A DNA stretch of 64,000 bases, from the NCBI GenBank assembly GCA_050311575.1, contig JBNOKO010000001.1, forward strand, positions 8,408 to 72,407, given 5' to 3'. Below, piece by piece: positions 9,521-22,810 of the stretch. Each line of letters opens with the position of its first letter. The first letter of the stretch is position 1. Under the pieces are notes generated by a model, which ran no database searches, was not told the DNA's origin, and was given only the letters and a program-made list of their open reading frames with translations. Made by a program: the position numbers and the translations under genes. The DNA comes from Candidatus Krakonobacterium acarorum (GTDB lineage: Bacteria; Bacteroidota; Bacteroidia; SolTP2).

Positions 9521-12500
9521 TTAATGATTATTTTCTTCTGTTAATTCCTCCAGTTCTTGTTTGCCTCCTACAATTATATTAGAATATCTATGAATTCCTG
9601 TACCAGCAGGTATTAAATGTCCTGCTATAACATTCTCTTTTAGTCCTAACATATAGTCTTCCTTGGCTGATACTGCAGCTTCGTTAAGCACTTTTGTAGT
9701 CTCTTGGAATGAAGCAGCTGATATAAAGCTTTTAGTGCTAAGAGATGCCCTCGTTATACCTTGTAATAAAGATTTAGATGTTGCAGCAACAGCGTCTCTA
9801 ACTTCTACTAATCTTAACCCCTGGCGCTTTAGTTTAGCATTTTCGTCTCTTAGTTTTCTTAAGCTAACTATTTGTCCTAGTTTTAATTCATTAGAATCAC
9901 CTGTTTCTATAACTACTTTTTTATCATAGATAAAATCATTTTCTTCAATAAAGTCTGTTTTATCAACAGATTCCTTTTCTAAGAATCTAGTGTCACCAGG
10001 GTCTTCAATCAATACTTTTTGCATCATCTGTCTAACTATAACTTCAAAGTGTTTGTCATTAATTTTAACCCCTTGTAATCTATAGACTTCTTGTATACCA
10101 TTAACAAGATATTGCTGAACTGCACCAGGTCCTTGTATCGCTAAGATATCAGATGGACTTATTAACCCATCAGATAGTCTATCCCCCACTTTTACAAAGT
10201 CATTATCTTGGACAAGTAAGTGCCTTGATAATGGAGCCATATACTTGCGTTGGCTACCATCTTTACCTTCTACAATTACTTCTCTGTTACCACGTTTTAT
10301 ACCGCCTAGGGTTACTACACCTTCTATTTCAGACAATATAGCTGGATTAGATGGGTTTCTTGCTTCAAATAATTCAGTTACTCTTGGTAGACCGCCAGTG
10401 ATGTCTCTTGTTTTACCAGAAGATCTAGGTATTTTAGCTATAACAGTTCCCGCTTTTATTTGTACTCCTGTATCAACTGAAATATGGGCTCCAACTGGCA
10501 TGTTATAACTCTTTACAACTTCATCTCCTTTTTTAATAATTATTACAGGATTTTTGGTTTTATCTTTGCTTTCTACTATAACTTTTTCTTTGTATCCTGT
10601 CTGCTCGTCTAATTCTTCCATATAAGTTAAACCTTCTATAATAGAATCGTATTGAATTTGACCTTCAGCTTCAGATATAATTACTGCATTATATGGATCC
10701 CATGAACATATCACCTCTCCTTTATCTACTATCTGGTCCTCTTTAACAAATAATTTAGACCCATAAGGTATATTGTTAACAGCGACTACTTTTTTTACAT
10801 TTTCATCGATAATTTTTACTTCTCCAGATCTACCAACTACAATATGTATTTCTTTACCTTCTTCATCTTTAAACGGTATGCTACGTATATTATCGAATTC
10901 TAACTTACCTTTGAATTTAGCTACTATTTGCGACTCAGCAGCTATGTTTGATGCTGTACCCCCAACGTGGAAAGTCCTTAAAGTTAACTGAGTTCCTGGT
11001 TCACCAATCGATTGTGCAGCAATAACTCCTACTGCTTCACCTATCTGTACCATTTTGCCTGTTGCTAAATTCCTACCATAGCACTTAATACAAGCTCCAC
11101 GTTTCGCATTACAAGTTAAAACAGATCTTATTTCAACTGAATCTATAGGACTGTCTACTATCTTTTTAGCAATGTCTTCATCAATTTCTTCTCCAGCTCG
11201 TACTATTAAATTATTATCTAAAGGATTATAAATATCATTTAAAGATACTCTGCCTAAGACTCTATCGTACATAGATTCAACTATTTCTTCATTATCTTTT
11301 AGGTCTGATATTTTTACACCTCTTAGCGTACCGCAGTCAACTTCTGAAATAACGATATCTTGTGCTACATCATGCAACCTCCGGGTTAAATATCCTGCAT
11401 CAGCAGTTTTTAAAGCTGTATCAGCTAAACCTTTTCTTGCTCCGTGTGTAGATATAAAATATTCTAATACAGATAAACCTTCCTTAAAATTAGATAAAAT
11501 AGGATCTTCTATAACTTCGCCTCCCGAACCAGATTTTTGTGGTTTAGCCATCAGACCACGCATACCGCAAAGCTGACGAATTTGTTCTTTTGAACCACGG
11601 GCGCCAGAGTCTAGCATCATATAAACTGAATTAAACCCTTGATTGTCAGTCGAAATTGTCTCCATAACTTCGTCAGACAATTTATTATTAGCATTGGTCC
11701 AAATATCAATTATCTGGTTGTAACGCTCATTATTAGTTATAAATCCCATATTATAGTTATTTATAACCTCTTGTACTTCTTTAGATGCTTTCTCTAATAA
11801 CAATGGTTTCTCACTAGGGATATTTAAATCTTGCAAATTAAATGATAAACCTCCTTTAAATGCCATAGAATATCCTAGCGATTTTATATCATCAAGAAAC
11901 TGTGCTGCTTTTGCCATTCCATGATGCTTAACTATAGAAATTATAATATCTCTTAAACTTTTCTTAGTTAATACTTCATTAATGAAACCAGCACCAGCAG
12001 GCACAACTTTATTAAAAATTATTCTACCTAATGTCGTATCTATTATTTTATAATATGTGCTCCCATCTTTGTTCGTATCCTTTACTCTCAACTTTACAAA
12101 AGCATGAAGCTCGACTTTACGTTCATTATAAGCAACTATAGCTTCTTCTGCAGAATAAAAAATTAGACCTTCACCTTTTATTTGATGGTTTGAATCAGAC
12201 TTACGTCCTTTAGTCATATAATATAACCCTAGTACCATATCTTGAGAAGGTACGGCAATAGGAGCTCCACTTGCAGGATTAAGAATGTTATGCGATGCTA
12301 ACATTAATACTTGAGCTTCTATTATAGCAGCATTACTCAACGGTACATGCACAGCCATTTGGTCACCATCAAAGTCGGCGTTAAATGCTGTACAAACCAA
12401 AGGGTGTAAACGTATAGCTTTACCTTCGACTAGTCTGGGTTGGAACGCCTGGATACCTAGTCTATGCAATGTTGGAGCCCTATTTAATAAAACCGGATGG

Positions 12501-13798
12501 CCTTTTAGTACATTTTCTAAGACATCCCATACAACAGGATCTTTCCTATCAACTACTTTTTTAGCAGATTTTACAGTTTTAACTATGCCTCTTTCAATTA
12601 GCTTACGAATTATGAAAGGTTTAAATAGCTCTGCTGCCATATCTTTAGGCAAACCACATTCGTGCAGTTTTAAGGTAGGCTCTACAACTATTACAGACCT
12701 TGCAGAATAATCTACCCTTTTACCTAATAAATTTTGGCGGAATCGTCCCTGCTTGCCTTTTAATATATCTGATAAAGATTTTAGTGGTCTATTACCTTCA
12801 GATTTTACTGCAGATCCTTTTTTAGAGTTATCAAAAAGCGAGTCTACTGCTTCTTGCAGCATGCGTTTTTCGTTTCTTAATATTACTTCCGGAGCTTTTA
12901 TAGATAGTAATCTCTTAAGCCTGTTATTACGTATTATAACCCTTCTATATAAATCATTCAAATCTGATGAGGCAAATCTTCCTCCATCTAATGGAACTAA
13001 TGGTCTAAGTTCTGGCGGAATGATAGGGATAATTTTTACTATCATCCATTCCGGCTTATTTACGATCCTACTATTACCAGATCTAAACGCTTCAACAACT
13101 TGCAGACGTTTTAAAGCTTCATTTTTACGCTGTTGCGAAGTTTCTGTATTAGCCTGATGCCTTAGATCATACGATAATTGATCTAAATTAATTCTTGCTA
13201 ATAAATCTTGCAAAGCTTCAGATCCCATTTTAGCTATAAATTTCTGCGGGTCGCTATCGTCAAGTAATTGATTTTGCTCGGGTAATTCTTCTATTATATT
13301 TAGATACTCTTCTTCGGTTAAAAAGTCTAACGCGTTGATTCCATCTCTTTCTTTTATTCCAGGCTGTATAACTACATATCTTTCATAGTATATAATAAGA
13401 TCAAGCTTTTTTGATGGTAGTCCCAGTAAATAACCAATTTTGTTAGGCAAAGATCTAAAATACCAAATGTGAGCTACAGGTACTACAAGATTTATATGAC
13501 CCATGCGCTCGCGCCTAACTTTTTTTTCTGTTACCTCTACTCCACATCTATCGCAGATTATGCCTTTGTATCGTATCCTTTTATACTTACCGCAGGAACA
13601 TTCGTAATCTTTAACAGGACCAAATATTCTTTCGCAAAATAAACCATCGCGTTCTGGTTTATATGTTCTGTAATTAATAGTTTCTGGCTTTAAAACCTCC
13701 CCGTATGATTGTTCTAATATATCTTCCGGTGACGCAAGGCTAATAGTTATTTTATTAAAATCAGACTTAACTTTTTTGTCCTTATTTTTATTATACAT
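9521..13798 (-). CDS. rpoC: DNA-directed RNA polymerase subunit beta'
   Basis: 1425 aa; N-terminus …[32 protein letters not shown] catalytic motif. Confidence 0.97.
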   Translation of the reverse strand: MYNKNKDKKVKSDFNKITISLASPEDILEQSYGEVLKPETINYRTYKPERDGLFCERIFGPVKDYECSCGKYKRIRYKGIICDRCGVEVTEKKVRRERMGHINLVVPVAHIWYFRSLPNKIGYLLGLPSKKLDLIIYYERYVVIQPGIKERDGINALDFLTEEEYLNIIEELPEQNQLLDDSDPQKFIAKMGSEALQDLLARINLDQLSYDLRHQANTETSQQRKNEALKRLQVVEAFRSGNSRIVNKPEWMIVKIIPIIPPELRPLVPLDGGRFASSDLNDLYRRVIIRNNRLKRLLSIKAPEVILRNEKRMLQEAVDSLFDNSKKGSAVKSEGNRPLKSLSDILKGKQGRFRQNLLGKRVDYSARSVIVVEPTLKLHECGLPKDMAAELFKPFIIRKLIERGIVKTVKSAKKVVDRKDPVVWDVLENVLKGHPVLLNRAPTLHRLGIQAFQPRLVEGKAIRLHPLVCTAFNADFDGDQMAVHVPLSNAAIIEAQVLMLASHNILNPASGAPIAVPSQDMVLGLYYMTKGRKSDSNHQIKGEGLIFYSAEEAIVAYNERKVELHAFVKLRVKDTNKDGSTYYKIIDTTLGRIIFNKVVPAGAGFINEVLTKKSLRDIIISIVKHHGMAKAAQFLDDIKSLGYSMAFKGGLSFNLQDLNIPSEKPLLLEKASKEVQEVINNYNMGFITNNERYNQIIDIWTNANNKLSDEVMETISTDNQGFNSVYMMLDSGARGSKEQIRQLCGMRGLMAKPQKSGSGGEVIEDPILSNFKEGLSVLEYFISTHGARKGLADTALKTADAGYLTRRLHDVAQDIVISEVDCGTLRGVKISDLKDNEEIVESMYDRVLGRVSLNDIYNPLDNNLIVRAGEEIDEDIAKKIVDSPIDSVEIRSVLTCNAKRGACIKCYGRNLATGKMVQIGEAVGVIAAQSIGEPGTQLTLRTFHVGGTASNIAAESQIVAKFKGKLEFDNIRSIPFKDEEGKEIHIVVGRSGEVKIIDENVKKVVAVNNIPYGSKLFVKEDQIVDKGEVICSWDPYNAVIISEAEGQIQYDSIIEGLTYMEELDEQTGYKEKVIVESKDKTKNPVIIIKKGDEVVKSYNMPVGAHISVDTGVQIKAGTVIAKIPRSSGKTRDITGGLPRVTELFEARNPSNPAILSEIEGVVTLGGIKRGNREVIVEGKDGSQRKYMAPLSRHLLVQDNDFVKVGDRLSDGLISPSDILAIQGPGAVQQYLVNGIQEVYRLQGVKINDKHFEVIVRQMMQKVLIEDPGDTRFLEKESVDKTDFIEENDFIYDKKVVIETGDSNELKLGQIVSLRKLRDENAKLKRQGLRLVEVRDAVAATSKSLLQGITRASLSTKSFISAASFQETTKVLNEAAVSAKEDYMLGLKENVIAGHLIPAGTGIHRYSNIIVGGKQELEELTEENNH

Positions 13799-13838
13799 AG
13801 GATTTATCTTGCCAATATAAAGTTTTAATCTTTATAAT

Positions 13839-16800
13839 TTATTTATCAAACTTTAAGTTTAAAAGTAAACCTTTTAATTCATGAGTTAATACATTAAAAG
13901 ATTCTGGTATGTTTGGTGTAGGCATATTGTCACCTTTAACAATAGCTTCATAAGTTTTTGCCCTACCTATAACATCATCTGACTTCACTGTAAGCATTTC
14001 TTGTAAAATATTAGAAGCTCCAAATGCTTCAAGAGCCCATACCTCCATTTCTCCAAAACGTTGTCCACCAAACTGGGCCTTACCTCCAAGAGGCTGTTGT
14101 GTAATAAGAGAATATGGCCCTATAGAACGCGCGTGCATTTTATCATCTACCATATGCGCAAGCTTAATCATATAAATTACGCCCACAGTGGTAGGTTGGT
14201 CGAATTTTTGACCTGTTAAACCATCATATAAATATGTTCTGCCAGATTTAGGTAGCTCCGCTTTCTCAAGCCATTGTTCAACATCTTGAGAGCTCGCACC
14301 ATCAAAAATAGGAGTTGCAAATTTAACACCTAATTTTTGCCCAGCCCAACCAAGAACAGATTCATAAATTTGACCGAGGTTCATACGAGATGGCACACCC
14401 AGTGGATTTAAAACTATATCTATAGGTGTTCCGTCTTCTAAAAATGGCATATCTTCTTCTCTGACTATTTTAGCAACTATACCTTTATTACCGTGCCTTC
14501 CCGCCATTTTATCGCCGATTTTAAGTTTACGCTTATTAGCAATATAAACTTTAGCCATTTGGATTATTCCGGACGGCAGTTCGTCACCTACAGTTAAGGT
14601 AAATTTTTCACGTCTATATTCACCCATAACTTCGCTAACTTTTATGTTATAGTTATGGAGCAACTGTTTTACTAAGGCGTTGTGTTTGTCAGATTTTGTC
14701 CAATCCGATAATTCTATATTATCGTATTTAATTTTAGACAATAACTCTTTTGTAATTTTTTTATCTCCTGGTAATACTAAATCTCCATAATAGTTTTTGA
14801 CATCTATGGAAACTTGGCCATTTAATATAGAATAAAGCTTATCAATTAATATTAATCTTAGATCTTCCAGCTTCTTTGATAGTTTTAAATCTAATTTTTC
14901 GATTAGCGCTTTTTCTTCTCCTTTAGTAGTTTTTCTTACTCTTGAGAAAAGATTAGTAGTAATAACAACACCTTCTACTGATGCTGGCGCTCTTAAGGAA
15001 GCATCTTTTACGTCGCCAGCTTTATCTCCGAATATAGCTCTTAGTAACTTTTCTTCTGGAGATGGATCTGTCTCTCCTTTAGGGGTAATTTTTCCTATAA
15101 GAATATCATTTTCATGTATTTCTGCTCCTATGCGTATTATACCATTTTCATCTAAATCTTTAGTTAGGTCTTCAGACACATTAGGAATATCGGCAGTAAA
15201 CTCTTCTTCACCTAAACGTGTGTCTCTAACTTCAAGAGTAAATTCCTCTATATGTATAGAGGTAAAAAGATCTTGTTTGATTACTCTTTCTGAAATAACT
15301 ATAGCATCTTCAAAGTTAAACCCTTGCCAAGGCATGAAACCAACTTTTAAATTGTGACCCAGTGCCAGTTCTCCATGCTCTGTTGCATACCCTTGAGTTA
15401 GTACGTCTCCTTTCTTAATTTTTTGGCCTTTTTTTACTATAGGTTTTAAGTTGATACAAGTACTTTGATTAGTCTTTTTAAACTTTGTAAGTATATATTC
15501 TTTTTCAGGTGAGTCAAAAGATACTAACATATCTTCACTATCAATATCGTATTTTATCAATATCCTCTCAGCATCAACGTATGTGATTTCACCATCGTGC
15601 TCAGCACTGATTAGAACACGTGTATCCATAACCACGCGCTTTTCTAGACCTGTACCAACAATCGGAACTTCAGGTTTTAATAATGGAACAGCCTGACGTT
15701 GCATATTAGATCCCATAAGAGCCCTATTTGCATCGTCATGTTCTAAGAAAGGAATTAAAGAAGCTGCTATTGATGTAATTTGATTAGGTGCTATGTCAAT
15801 ATAATCTGCCTGGGCTGGATCAACCACAGGAAAATCTCCCTCATATCTTGCTTTTAATTTATCTGATAAAAAATTGCCGTCATTGTCATAGGCACTGTTA
15901 GCCTGAACAATAATTTTTCCGTTCTCATCTTCAGAGCTTAAGTATTCAACATCTTCACTCGTAAGTACTTTTCCATTACTTACTCTCCTATATGGAGTTT
16001 CTATAAATCCTAAGCTATTAACTTTTGCGTGTACACAAAGAGATGAGATAAGGCCTATATTAGGGCCTTCAGGAGTTTCAATAGGACATAAACGGCCATA
16101 ATGAGTGTAATGGACGTCACGAACTTCGAATCCGGCTCTTTCTCTAGATAGACCACCCGGGCCAAGGGCTGACAAACGTCTTTTATGCGTAACTTCAGCT
16201 AATGGATTAGTCTGATCCATAAACTGAGATAACTGATTAGTACCAAAAAAGGTATTGATTACAGAAGTTAAAGTTCTTGCATTTATTAAATCTGCAGGTG
16301 TAAATACTTCGTTATCACGTATATTCATTCTTTCTCTTATGGTTCTAGCCATACGTGCTAAACCTACGCCAAATTGTGCATATAGTTGCTCGCCTACAGT
16401 TCTTACACGCCTATTACTTAAATGATCTATATCGTCAACTTCGGCTTTAGAGTTAGATAAGTTTATTAGATGCTTAACTATAGCAATTATATCATCTTTA
16501 GTAAGTACTTTTGTATCTTGATCTATATTTAAATTTAACTTTCTATTAATTTTATATCTACCAACGTCTCCAAGATCGTATCTTTTATCTGAAAAGAATA
16601 ATTTATCTATTATACCTCTAGCTGTTTCCTCATCTGGTGGATCAGAACTACGTAATTGTCTATATATATATTCAACAGCTTCCTGCTCTGAATTCGACTC
16701 ATCTTTTTGTAAAGTATTATATACTATAGCATAGTCTATAGCCCTGTAATCATCTTTTTCTAATACAACTGCATCAATATTAGCCTCTAATATAAGATTA

Positions 16801-17651
16801 ATATGACCTTCATCAATGGTGGTGCCTCTATCGACTATTATACTATTTCTAGCCAGAGAAACTACTTCACCTGTTTCTTCATCGACAAAATCTTCAGTCC
16901 ATTTTTGAAGAACTCGAGCAGCTAATTTTCTTCCTATGTATTCACTTTTATTACTCTCGTCTATTTTTACTTCATCTACTAAATCAAATAAGCTAAGAAT
17001 ATCTTTATCTGAATCGTAACCGATAGCTCTTAATAATGTTGTTACAGGAAATTTCTTTTTTCTATCGATGTAAGCGTACATTACATTATTAATGTCGCTG
17101 GCAAACTCTATCCAAGATCCCTTAAATGGTATTATCCTAGCAGAATATAAACGGGTTCCGTTTATATGCCTGCTAGATCCAAAGAAAACTCCTGGAGACC
17201 TATGTAATTGCGAAACTATTACCCTCTCTGCTCCATTAATTATAAAGCTACCGCGAGGCGTCATATAAGGTATAGTGCCTAAGTATACATCTTGAACTAT
17301 TGTTTCAAAATCTTCATGCTCAGGATCTGTACAATATAAGCGTAATTTAGCTTTTAAAGGCACACTATAAGTTAAACCTCTATCAATACACTCTTGTATA
17401 CTGTATCTAGGAGGATCAACAAAGCAATCTATAAACTCAAGGACAAATAAGCCCTTAGAGTCAGTTATAGGAAAATTTTCACTAAATACCTTAAAAAGGC
17501 CTTCCTGACATTTGCTTTCTCCTGTAGTGTCAACTTGAAAAAATCTTTTAAAAGATCCTAATTGTACATCAAGAAAATCCGGATAATCGATAATTTTTCT
17601 TACACTAGAAAAGTCTACCCTACCAGAATTATTATTATAATTTTGTTCCAA
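13839..17651 (-). CDS. rpoB: DNA-directed RNA polymerase subunit beta
   Basis: 1270 aa; conserved RpoB blocks (…[18 protein letters not shown]…, [24 protein letters not shown]). Confidence 0.97.
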   Translation of the reverse strand: MEQNYNNNSGRVDFSSVRKIIDYPDFLDVQLGSFKRFFQVDTTGESKCQEGLFKVFSENFPITDSKGLFVLEFIDCFVDPPRYSIQECIDRGLTYSVPLKAKLRLYCTDPEHEDFETIVQDVYLGTIPYMTPRGSFIINGAERVIVSQLHRSPGVFFGSSRHINGTRLYSARIIPFKGSWIEFASDINNVMYAYIDRKKKFPVTTLLRAIGYDSDKDILSLFDLVDEVKIDESNKSEYIGRKLAARVLQKWTEDFVDEETGEVVSLARNSIIVDRGTTIDEGHINLILEANIDAVVLEKDDYRAIDYAIVYNTLQKDESNSEQEAVEYIYRQLRSSDPPDEETARGIIDKLFFSDKRYDLGDVGRYKINRKLNLNIDQDTKVLTKDDIIAIVKHLINLSNSKAEVDDIDHLSNRRVRTVGEQLYAQFGVGLARMARTIRERMNIRDNEVFTPADLINARTLTSVINTFFGTNQLSQFMDQTNPLAEVTHKRRLSALGPGGLSRERAGFEVRDVHYTHYGRLCPIETPEGPNIGLISSLCVHAKVNSLGFIETPYRRVSNGKVLTSEDVEYLSSEDENGKIIVQANSAYDNDGNFLSDKLKARYEGDFPVVDPAQADYIDIAPNQITSIAASLIPFLEHDDANRALMGSNMQRQAVPLLKPEVPIVGTGLEKRVVMDTRVLISAEHDGEITYVDAERILIKYDIDSEDMLVSFDSPEKEYILTKFKKTNQSTCINLKPIVKKGQKIKKGDVLTQGYATEHGELALGHNLKVGFMPWQGFNFEDAIVISERVIKQDLFTSIHIEEFTLEVRDTRLGEEEFTADIPNVSEDLTKDLDENGIIRIGAEIHENDILIGKITPKGETDPSPEEKLLRAIFGDKAGDVKDASLRAPASVEGVVITTNLFSRVRKTTKGEEKALIEKLDLKLSKKLEDLRLILIDKLYSILNGQVSIDVKNYYGDLVLPGDKKITKELLSKIKYDNIELSDWTKSDKHNALVKQLLHNYNIKVSEVMGEYRREKFTLTVGDELPSGIIQMAKVYIANKRKLKIGDKMAGRHGNKGIVAKIVREEDMPFLEDGTPIDIVLNPLGVPSRMNLGQIYESVLGWAGQKLGVKFATPIFDGASSQDVEQWLEKAELPKSGRTYLYDGLTGQKFDQPTTVGVIYMIKLAHMVDDKMHARSIGPYSLITQQPLGGKAQFGGQRFGEMEVWALEAFGASNILQEMLTVKSDDVIGRAKTYEAIVKGDNMPTPNIPESFNVLTHELKGLLLNLKFDK

Positions 17652-17807
17652 AATTGGCTTACAAACTTAAGAAATTGAACAATTAAAAAACTGTACAAGA
17701 CCCAAAGACAAAATTGATAAAACAACCATCAATTAGAAATCGATGATCGTATAACAATACCAGCCTTTAGATCCTATATATGCTTGGAAACGTTGTCTAA
17801 ACGTTAA

Positions 17808-18188
17808 CTACTGAAGTTCGATTTCTGCCCCTACTTCTTCTAATTTTTTCTTTAATTCTTCAGCTTCAGCCTTAGGAGCTTTTTCTTTAATTGTACCAGG
17901 AGCACCATCTACTAAATCTTTAGCATCTTTTAAAGATAACCCTGTAACTTCTTTTACAGCTTTTACAACCGCTAATTTATTAGCACCTGCAGATTTTAAA
18001 ATAACATTAAAATCGCTTTTTTCTGATGCTGCTGCAGAATCTGCACCGCCAGAAGCTGGAGCAGCTGCCATTATAGCCTGAGCAGCAGGCTCTATGCCGT
18101 AATCATCTTTTAACACTTTAGTTAACTCATTTACTTCAGATACAGTAAGATTAACTAGATTTTCTGCCAATTCTTTTATATTTGCCAT
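17808..18188 (-). CDS. rplL: 50S ribosomal protein L7/L12
   Basis: 126 aa, Ala/Glu-rich, typical L12 N- and C-terminal domains. Confidence 0.95.
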   Translation of the reverse strand: MANIKELAENLVNLTVSEVNELTKVLKDDYGIEPAAQAIMAAAPASGGADSAAASEKSDFNVILKSAGANKLAVVKAVKEVTGLSLKDAKDLVDGAPGTIKEKAPKAEAEELKKKLEEVGAEIELQ

Positions 18189-18297
18189 TTGTATTATAAC
18201 TTTTTAGTACTTAACGTTAAGAAAATAAATATTAAACCAACTAAATAATAAATTAATATTTTTATTTATATAAATTTAATACTTAAAGCTTTGTTAA

Positions 18298-18822
18298 CTA
18301 TCTGCTAGCTAAAGCCTTAAGTATAGAGTGAATGCCCTCAGAACTTGATTTCTTTAATCCAGAAATAACATTTCTAATTGGAGATTGAAGTAAACTAATA
18401 ACGTCACCTATTAATTCTTCTTTAGATTTAAGCTGAGCTAACATGCTAAGATTTTCGTCACCACCAATATAAAAACATCCTTCGATATAAGCCCCTTTTA
18501 ATACAGGAAAACTACCAACAGTAGATTTTACTTTTTTAATCAGCTTAGCAGGCATATTCGCAACATTAGAAAACATTAATGAAGACACTCCGTGTAAAGT
18601 ATCGTAAATACTATCATAGGTATCACCGTGCTTTTCTGCAGCCTTTTTTATGAAAGTATTTTTAACCACTTTCATATACATACCTTCACTATGCACAACT
18701 CGACGCATAATGTCAATATCTTTAACAGACATACCATTATGATCTATTATATATACGGCACTATAACTGCCGAATTTTTCGTATAGATCTTCTATGATCT
18801 CTTGTTTCTCAGTTCTTTTCAT
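18298..18822 (-). CDS. rplJ: 50S ribosomal protein L10
   Basis: 174 aa; position between rplA and rplL and the L10 profile. Confidence 0.9.
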   Translation of the reverse strand: MKRTEKQEIIEDLYEKFGSYSAVYIIDHNGMSVKDIDIMRRVVHSEGMYMKVVKNTFIKKAAEKHGDTYDSIYDTLHGVSSLMFSNVANMPAKLIKKVKSTVGSFPVLKGAYIEGCFYIGGDENLSMLAQLKSKEELIGDVISLLQSPIRNVISGLKKSSSEGIHSILKALASR

Positions 18823-18826
18823 TTAA

Positions 18827-19525
18827 TTATATACTTGCACCTATAGCTTTTAAGTCAATTTTTACACTCTTACCCATAGTAGATGATATAGACATTGTCT
18901 TTAAATAAAGACCTTTGGCAGCAGCAGGTTTCAGCCTATTAATCGCCTGTACTGCTGAGACACAATTATCAGCAATGCTAGCTTCTGGAAAAGACGCCTT
19001 GCCTACAGAAACATGTATATTAGCTCCTTTATCCATTTTAAAATCTACTTTACCAGCTTTAATCTCCGAAATAGCTTTAGGTAAGTCTACAGATACTGTA
19101 CCCGATTTAGGATTTGGCATTAAATTTCTAGGACCTATAATCTTACCTATCTTACCAATTTTAACCATACAATCTGGTGTAGTTACTATAACATCTATGT
19201 CTAGCCAGCCACTCTCTATTTTCTCTATATATTCAATACCAGCATAGTCAGCTCCAGCATCTAAAGCTTGTTTAACTTTATCCTCTGTACATATAGCCAA
19301 TACACGTAATGATTTACCAGTCCCATGAGGAAGAGCAACTACGCCTCTAACCATTTGATTCGATTTTTTAGGATCAACTCCCAGCGATACTACTATATCT
19401 ATACTTTCATCAAACTTAGCCAGAGCATTTTTCTTTACTAAAGAGCATGCCTCTGCCAAAGTATACAATTTATCACTATCGTAGCTTTGCGCCACTTTTT
19501 CCTTATTTTTTGTCAACTTAGCCAC
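18827..19525 (-). CDS. rplA: 50S ribosomal protein L1
   Basis: 232 aa; …VDPKKSNQMVRG…LPHGTGK… L1 signature. Confidence 0.95.
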   Translation of the reverse strand: MAKLTKNKEKVAQSYDSDKLYTLAEACSLVKKNALAKFDESIDIVVSLGVDPKKSNQMVRGVVALPHGTGKSLRVLAICTEDKVKQALDAGADYAGIEYIEKIESGWLDIDVIVTTPDCMVKIGKIGKIIGPRNLMPNPKSGTVSVDLPKAISEIKAGKVDFKMDKGANIHVSVGKASFPEASIADNCVSAVQAINRLKPAAAKGLYLKTMSISSTMGKSVKIDLKAIGASI

Positions 19526-19567
19526 CTCTTACAAGTAATTAAAATTATAAATCACAATAGCATAGGG

Positions 19568-20011
19568 CTATTTAGTGTCTGAAAATTCTCCTGTAACACT
19601 TATTCCCATACTACGTGCAGTACCAGCAATCATTTTCATAGCAGAAGATAGAGAAAAAGCGTTCATATCTTCCATTTTATCTTCAGCTATTTCTTTAATT
19701 CTATCCCAAGAAATAGAAGCTATTTTTTTTCTATTAGATTCAGGGGAGCCTTTTTGAATTGAAACGGCCTCCAATAACTGAGTAACAGCAGGAGGTTTAG
19801 TCATAACAAAATCAAAGCTCTTGTCACCATAGACTTTAACTCTAACCGGAACTAACTGCCCACCTTTATTTTGTGTAGCAGAATTAAATTTATCACAGAA
19901 ATCTTTTATATTAACCCCTTTACCACCTAAAGTAGGACCAACAGGAGGAGCAGGAGTTGCAGATTTAGCTTTTATACGTAGTCTTATTTGTGCTGCAACT
20001 TCTTTTGCCAT
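19568..20011 (-). CDS. rplK: 50S ribosomal protein L11
   Basis: 147 aa; [10 protein letters not shown](G)KGVNI motif. Confidence 0.95.
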   Translation of the reverse strand: MAKEVAAQIRLRIKAKSATPAPPVGPTLGGKGVNIKDFCDKFNSATQNKGGQLVPVRVKVYGDKSFDFVMTKPPAVTQLLEAVSIQKGSPESNRKKIASISWDRIKEIAEDKMEDMNAFSLSSAMKMIAGTARSMGISVTGEFSDTK

Positions 20012-20118
20012 TATTATTATTTATTTAAGAACATTTTGGCTGTAAAAACCATCAAATTTAGCAAAAAATAATTAATAAATTAAATTATACAATAAAAAAG
20101 TTGTAATTTAATTTATTG

Positions 20119-20721
20119 TTATATACTTAGATCAACATCTTGATTCTTATCAGATAGATCGTTAGTGTCTATCTTTTCAACTTGTAGATAGTTAAGTTCA
20201 ACTGGTGTCTGCCTTCCAAAAATTTTAACATTTACTCGTAACTTTTTTTTATCTTCCATAATTTCTTCTATAATACCTAAGAAACTACTGAAAGGACCAT
20301 CTATAATCTTTATTTTTTCATTTACCATATAATCAGGAAGCGATTCAGGGATTTCTCCACTAACCCTATCATCAATATCCTTTAGCATTCTATTTACTTC
20401 AGATAGCCTAAGAGGTATGGGATTACCCGTTTTGCCTTCTCTTAGAAAACCTACTACATCAACTATCCTTTTCTCAATTATCTCTTCTAATTCTCCATTT
20501 ATGTGAGCATTTATAAATACGTAGCCGGAATAATATACTTTCTCTTTTATTAAGCGTTTCCCTTCTTTCATTTTAATATATTTTTCCATGGGAACGACTA
20601 TCTGTTCTACTAAATGAGCAAAACCCAAATCGCTAATCTCTCTCTCTAAGCGCTCTTTTACTTTATTTTCTTTACCTGATTTAGTTCTTACAACAAACCA
20701 TTTAAAATCTGAGGACTCCAT
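20119..20721 (-). CDS. nusG: Transcription termination/antitermination factor NusG
   Basis: KWFVVRTKSGKENKV NGN domain plus C-terminal KOW; ORF extends to 20760 but the conserved start is the Met at 20721. Confidence 0.9.
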   Translation of the reverse strand: MESSDFKWFVVRTKSGKENKVKERLEREISDLGFAHLVEQIVVPMEKYIKMKEGKRLIKEKVYYSGYVFINAHINGELEEIIEKRIVDVVGFLREGKTGNPIPLRLSEVNRMLKDIDDRVSGEIPESLPDYMVNEKIKIIDGPFSSFLGIIEEIMEDKKKLRVNVKIFGRQTPVELNYLQVEKIDTNDLSDKNQDVDLSI

Positions 20722-20766
20722 ATAAATACGTGTAATGCTTATATTATTTTTAATAGTCAATCATTG

Positions 20767-20964
20767 TTAACTTATCATTTTGTAAAATGTAGAAATAAGA
20801 ACTTCGCCTAAAAATTTATCAATAACAAATACTACCAATGAAAGTATTATGCAAGAGATTAAAACAAATATCGCATCATACAATACTTCCCTATAAGAAG
20901 GCCATGATACTTTATTAATCAATTCATCTTTCGAATCCTTTATATACCTTAAAAAGGAACTCAT
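20767..20964 (-). CDS. secE: Preprotein translocase subunit SecE
   Basis: 65 aa, single C-terminal TM helix, located between tRNA-Trp and nusG as in most bacteria. Confidence 0.8.
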   Translation of the reverse strand: MSSFLRYIKDSKDELINKVSWPSYREVLYDAIFVLISCIILSLVVFVIDKFLGEVLISTFYKMIS

Positions 20965-20996
20965 TTTTCAATAATTTATAATTAAAAAAACTAAAA

Positions 20997-21068
20997 CAGG
21001 GGTGGAGAGATTCGAACTCCCATCAATGGTTTTGGAGACCACTATTCTAACCGTTGAACTACACCCCT
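20997..21068 (-). tRNA. tRNA-Trp (anticodon CCA)
   Basis: Reverse complement folds as a cloverleaf: acceptor AGGGGTG/CACCCCT, anticodon loop CTCCAAA, T-arm GGGAGTTCGAATCTCTC. Confidence 0.9.
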
Positions 21069-21075
21069 AATATCT

Positions 21076-22260
21076 TTAATCTACAACCTCTGTGATCTGA
21101 CCCTGACCGACAGTCCTGCCACCTTCACGAATAGCAAATTTTAAATTTTGCTCTATACATATAGGAGCAACCAACTCTACTGTTATAGCAGTATTGTCAC
21201 CAGGCATAACCATTTCTACACCATCTGGAAGCTCTATACTACCTGTAACGTCTGTTGTCCTAAAATAAAACTGAGGTCTATAGTTTTTAAAGAATGGAGT
21301 ATGACGCCCACCTTCTTCTTTATTCAAGATATAAACTTGAGCTTTAAACTTCTTATGTATTTTTACAGTACCTGGAGGAGCTATAACCATACCACGGAAT
21401 ATCTCGCCTTTGTCAACACCTCTTAAAAGAACCCCTAAATTATCTCCAGCGCTAGCTTCGGTTAAAGTTTTACGGAACATTTCAAGACCAGTAATAGTAC
21501 TTGTTATAGGTTTTTCTTTAAAGCCAACTATTTCTACTGGATCTCCAACCTTACATTTACCTCTTTCTATAAGACCCGTAGCAACCGTTCCACGGCCCGT
21601 AATAGTAACTACACCCTCAATTGGAAGCAAGAAAGGTTTATCTACATCACGAACAGGAGTAGTTATGTTATTGTCAACAACATCCATAAGCTTTAGTACA
21701 CTATCTACCCATTTAGGATCGCCATTAAGCGCACCTAAGGCAGACACTTGAACTATCCTACCGTCTGTCTTAAAGCCATGAGCACTTAATAACTCTTCTA
21801 CTTCCATAATAACCAGTTCGATCATTTCAGGGTCGTCAACCATATCACTCTTATTAAGAGCAACAACAATATCAGGAACTCCAACCTGCTTAGCTAATAA
21901 GACGTGCTCTCTAGTTTGTGGCATTAAACCATCAGTAGCTGCAACCACTAGAATAGCTCCATCCATTTGGGCTGCTCCAGTAATCATATTCTTTACATAG
22001 TCAGCGTGTCCCGGGCAATCCACGTGAGCATAATGTCGAGCTTCTGTTTCGTATTCTACGTGAGCTGTATTAATAGTTATACCGCGCTCTCTTTCTTCAG
22101 GAGCCTTATCGATATCTTCAAAAGCTATTGCTTTGGAAGTACCTTTGTCAGATAAAACTTTTGTGATAGCCGCAGTTAAAGTAGTCTTACCATGGTCAAC
22201 GTGGCCTATTGTGCCTATATTAACATGGGGTTTATTGCGTTCAAAAACCTCTTTTGCCAT
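21076..22260 (-). CDS. tuf: Elongation factor Tu
   Basis: 394 aa; [22 protein letters not shown] GTPase motifs. Confidence 0.97.
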   Translation of the reverse strand: MAKEVFERNKPHVNIGTIGHVDHGKTTLTAAITKVLSDKGTSKAIAFEDIDKAPEERERGITINTAHVEYETEARHYAHVDCPGHADYVKNMITGAAQMDGAILVVAATDGLMPQTREHVLLAKQVGVPDIVVALNKSDMVDDPEMIELVIMEVEELLSAHGFKTDGRIVQVSALGALNGDPKWVDSVLKLMDVVDNNITTPVRDVDKPFLLPIEGVVTITGRGTVATGLIERGKCKVGDPVEIVGFKEKPITSTITGLEMFRKTLTEASAGDNLGVLLRGVDKGEIFRGMVIAPPGTVKIHKKFKAQVYILNKEEGGRHTPFFKNYRPQFYFRTTDVTGSIELPDGVEMVMPGDNTAITVELVAPICIEQNLKFAIREGGRTVGQGQITEVVD

Positions 22261-22394
22261 TTTATAATATTAAATTAATGTACAGTATTGTGTTATATAA
22301 TAAAACAAAAAAATATATAAGTGAGCTCTATAAATTATTTTTTTAATAATAATTTATAGACCTATTAATATTAAAATATAACGGTCTTACACCG

Positions 22395-22466
<72 letters not shown>

Positions 22467-22474
22467 CTTTTTGG

Positions 22475-22547
22475 AGCGGAAGACGGGCCTCGAACCCGCA
22501 ACCTATAGCTTGGAAGGCTATCGCTCTACCAATTGAGCTACTTCCGC
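22475..22547 (-). tRNA. tRNA-Gly (anticodon TCC)
   Basis: RC = GCGGAAGTAGCTCAATTGGTAGAGCGATAGCCTTCCAAGCTAT…GGTTCGAGGCC…; anticodon loop CTTCCAA. Confidence 0.9.
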
Positions 22548-22561
22548 AATTTTATGTAAAG

Positions 22562-22642
22562 TGGGGGAAGCAGGATTCGAACCTGCGAAGCTCGCGCAAC
22601 GGATTTACAGTCCGTCCCATTTGGCCACTCTGGTATTCCCCC
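22562..22642 (-). tRNA. tRNA-Tyr (anticodon GTA), long variable arm
   Basis: RC = GGGGGAATACCAGAGTGGCCAAATGGGACGGACTGTAAATCCGTTGCGCGAGCTTCGCAGGTTCGAATCC…; anticodon loop ACTGTAAAT. Confidence 0.9.
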
Positions 22643-22685
22643 AACACTTCTTATTCTAAAACCTTTGAACGTTTACAAATATATG

Positions 22686-22758
22686 AGCCTCCTGCCGGCT
22701 TCGAACCAGCGACCTGCTGATTACAAATCAGCTGCTCTACCAATTGAGCTAAGGAGGC
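22686..22758 (-). tRNA. tRNA-Thr (anticodon TGT)
   Basis: RC = GCCTCCTTAGCTCAATTGGTAGAGCAGCTGATTTGTAATCAGCAG…GGTTCGAAGCC…; anticodon loop ATTTGTAAT. Confidence 0.9.
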
Positions 22759-22810
22759 ATAAAAGAAGTCTTATTCTAAATACTAAAACAAAAATCGCTT
22801 ATTTTTATGT

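Noticed and set aside
9663-13157. Several 60-134 aa plus-strand ORFs inside rpoC (also 15130-15357 in rpoB, 18915-19247 in rplA, 21148-22155 in tuf)
   Set aside because: Antisense shadow ORFs within highly conserved genes.
17652-17807. rplL-rpoB intergenic attenuator hairpin
   Set aside because: Only a weak 6-bp self-complementary AACGTT-gtcta-AACGTT stem without a T-run; not convincing as a terminator or attenuator.
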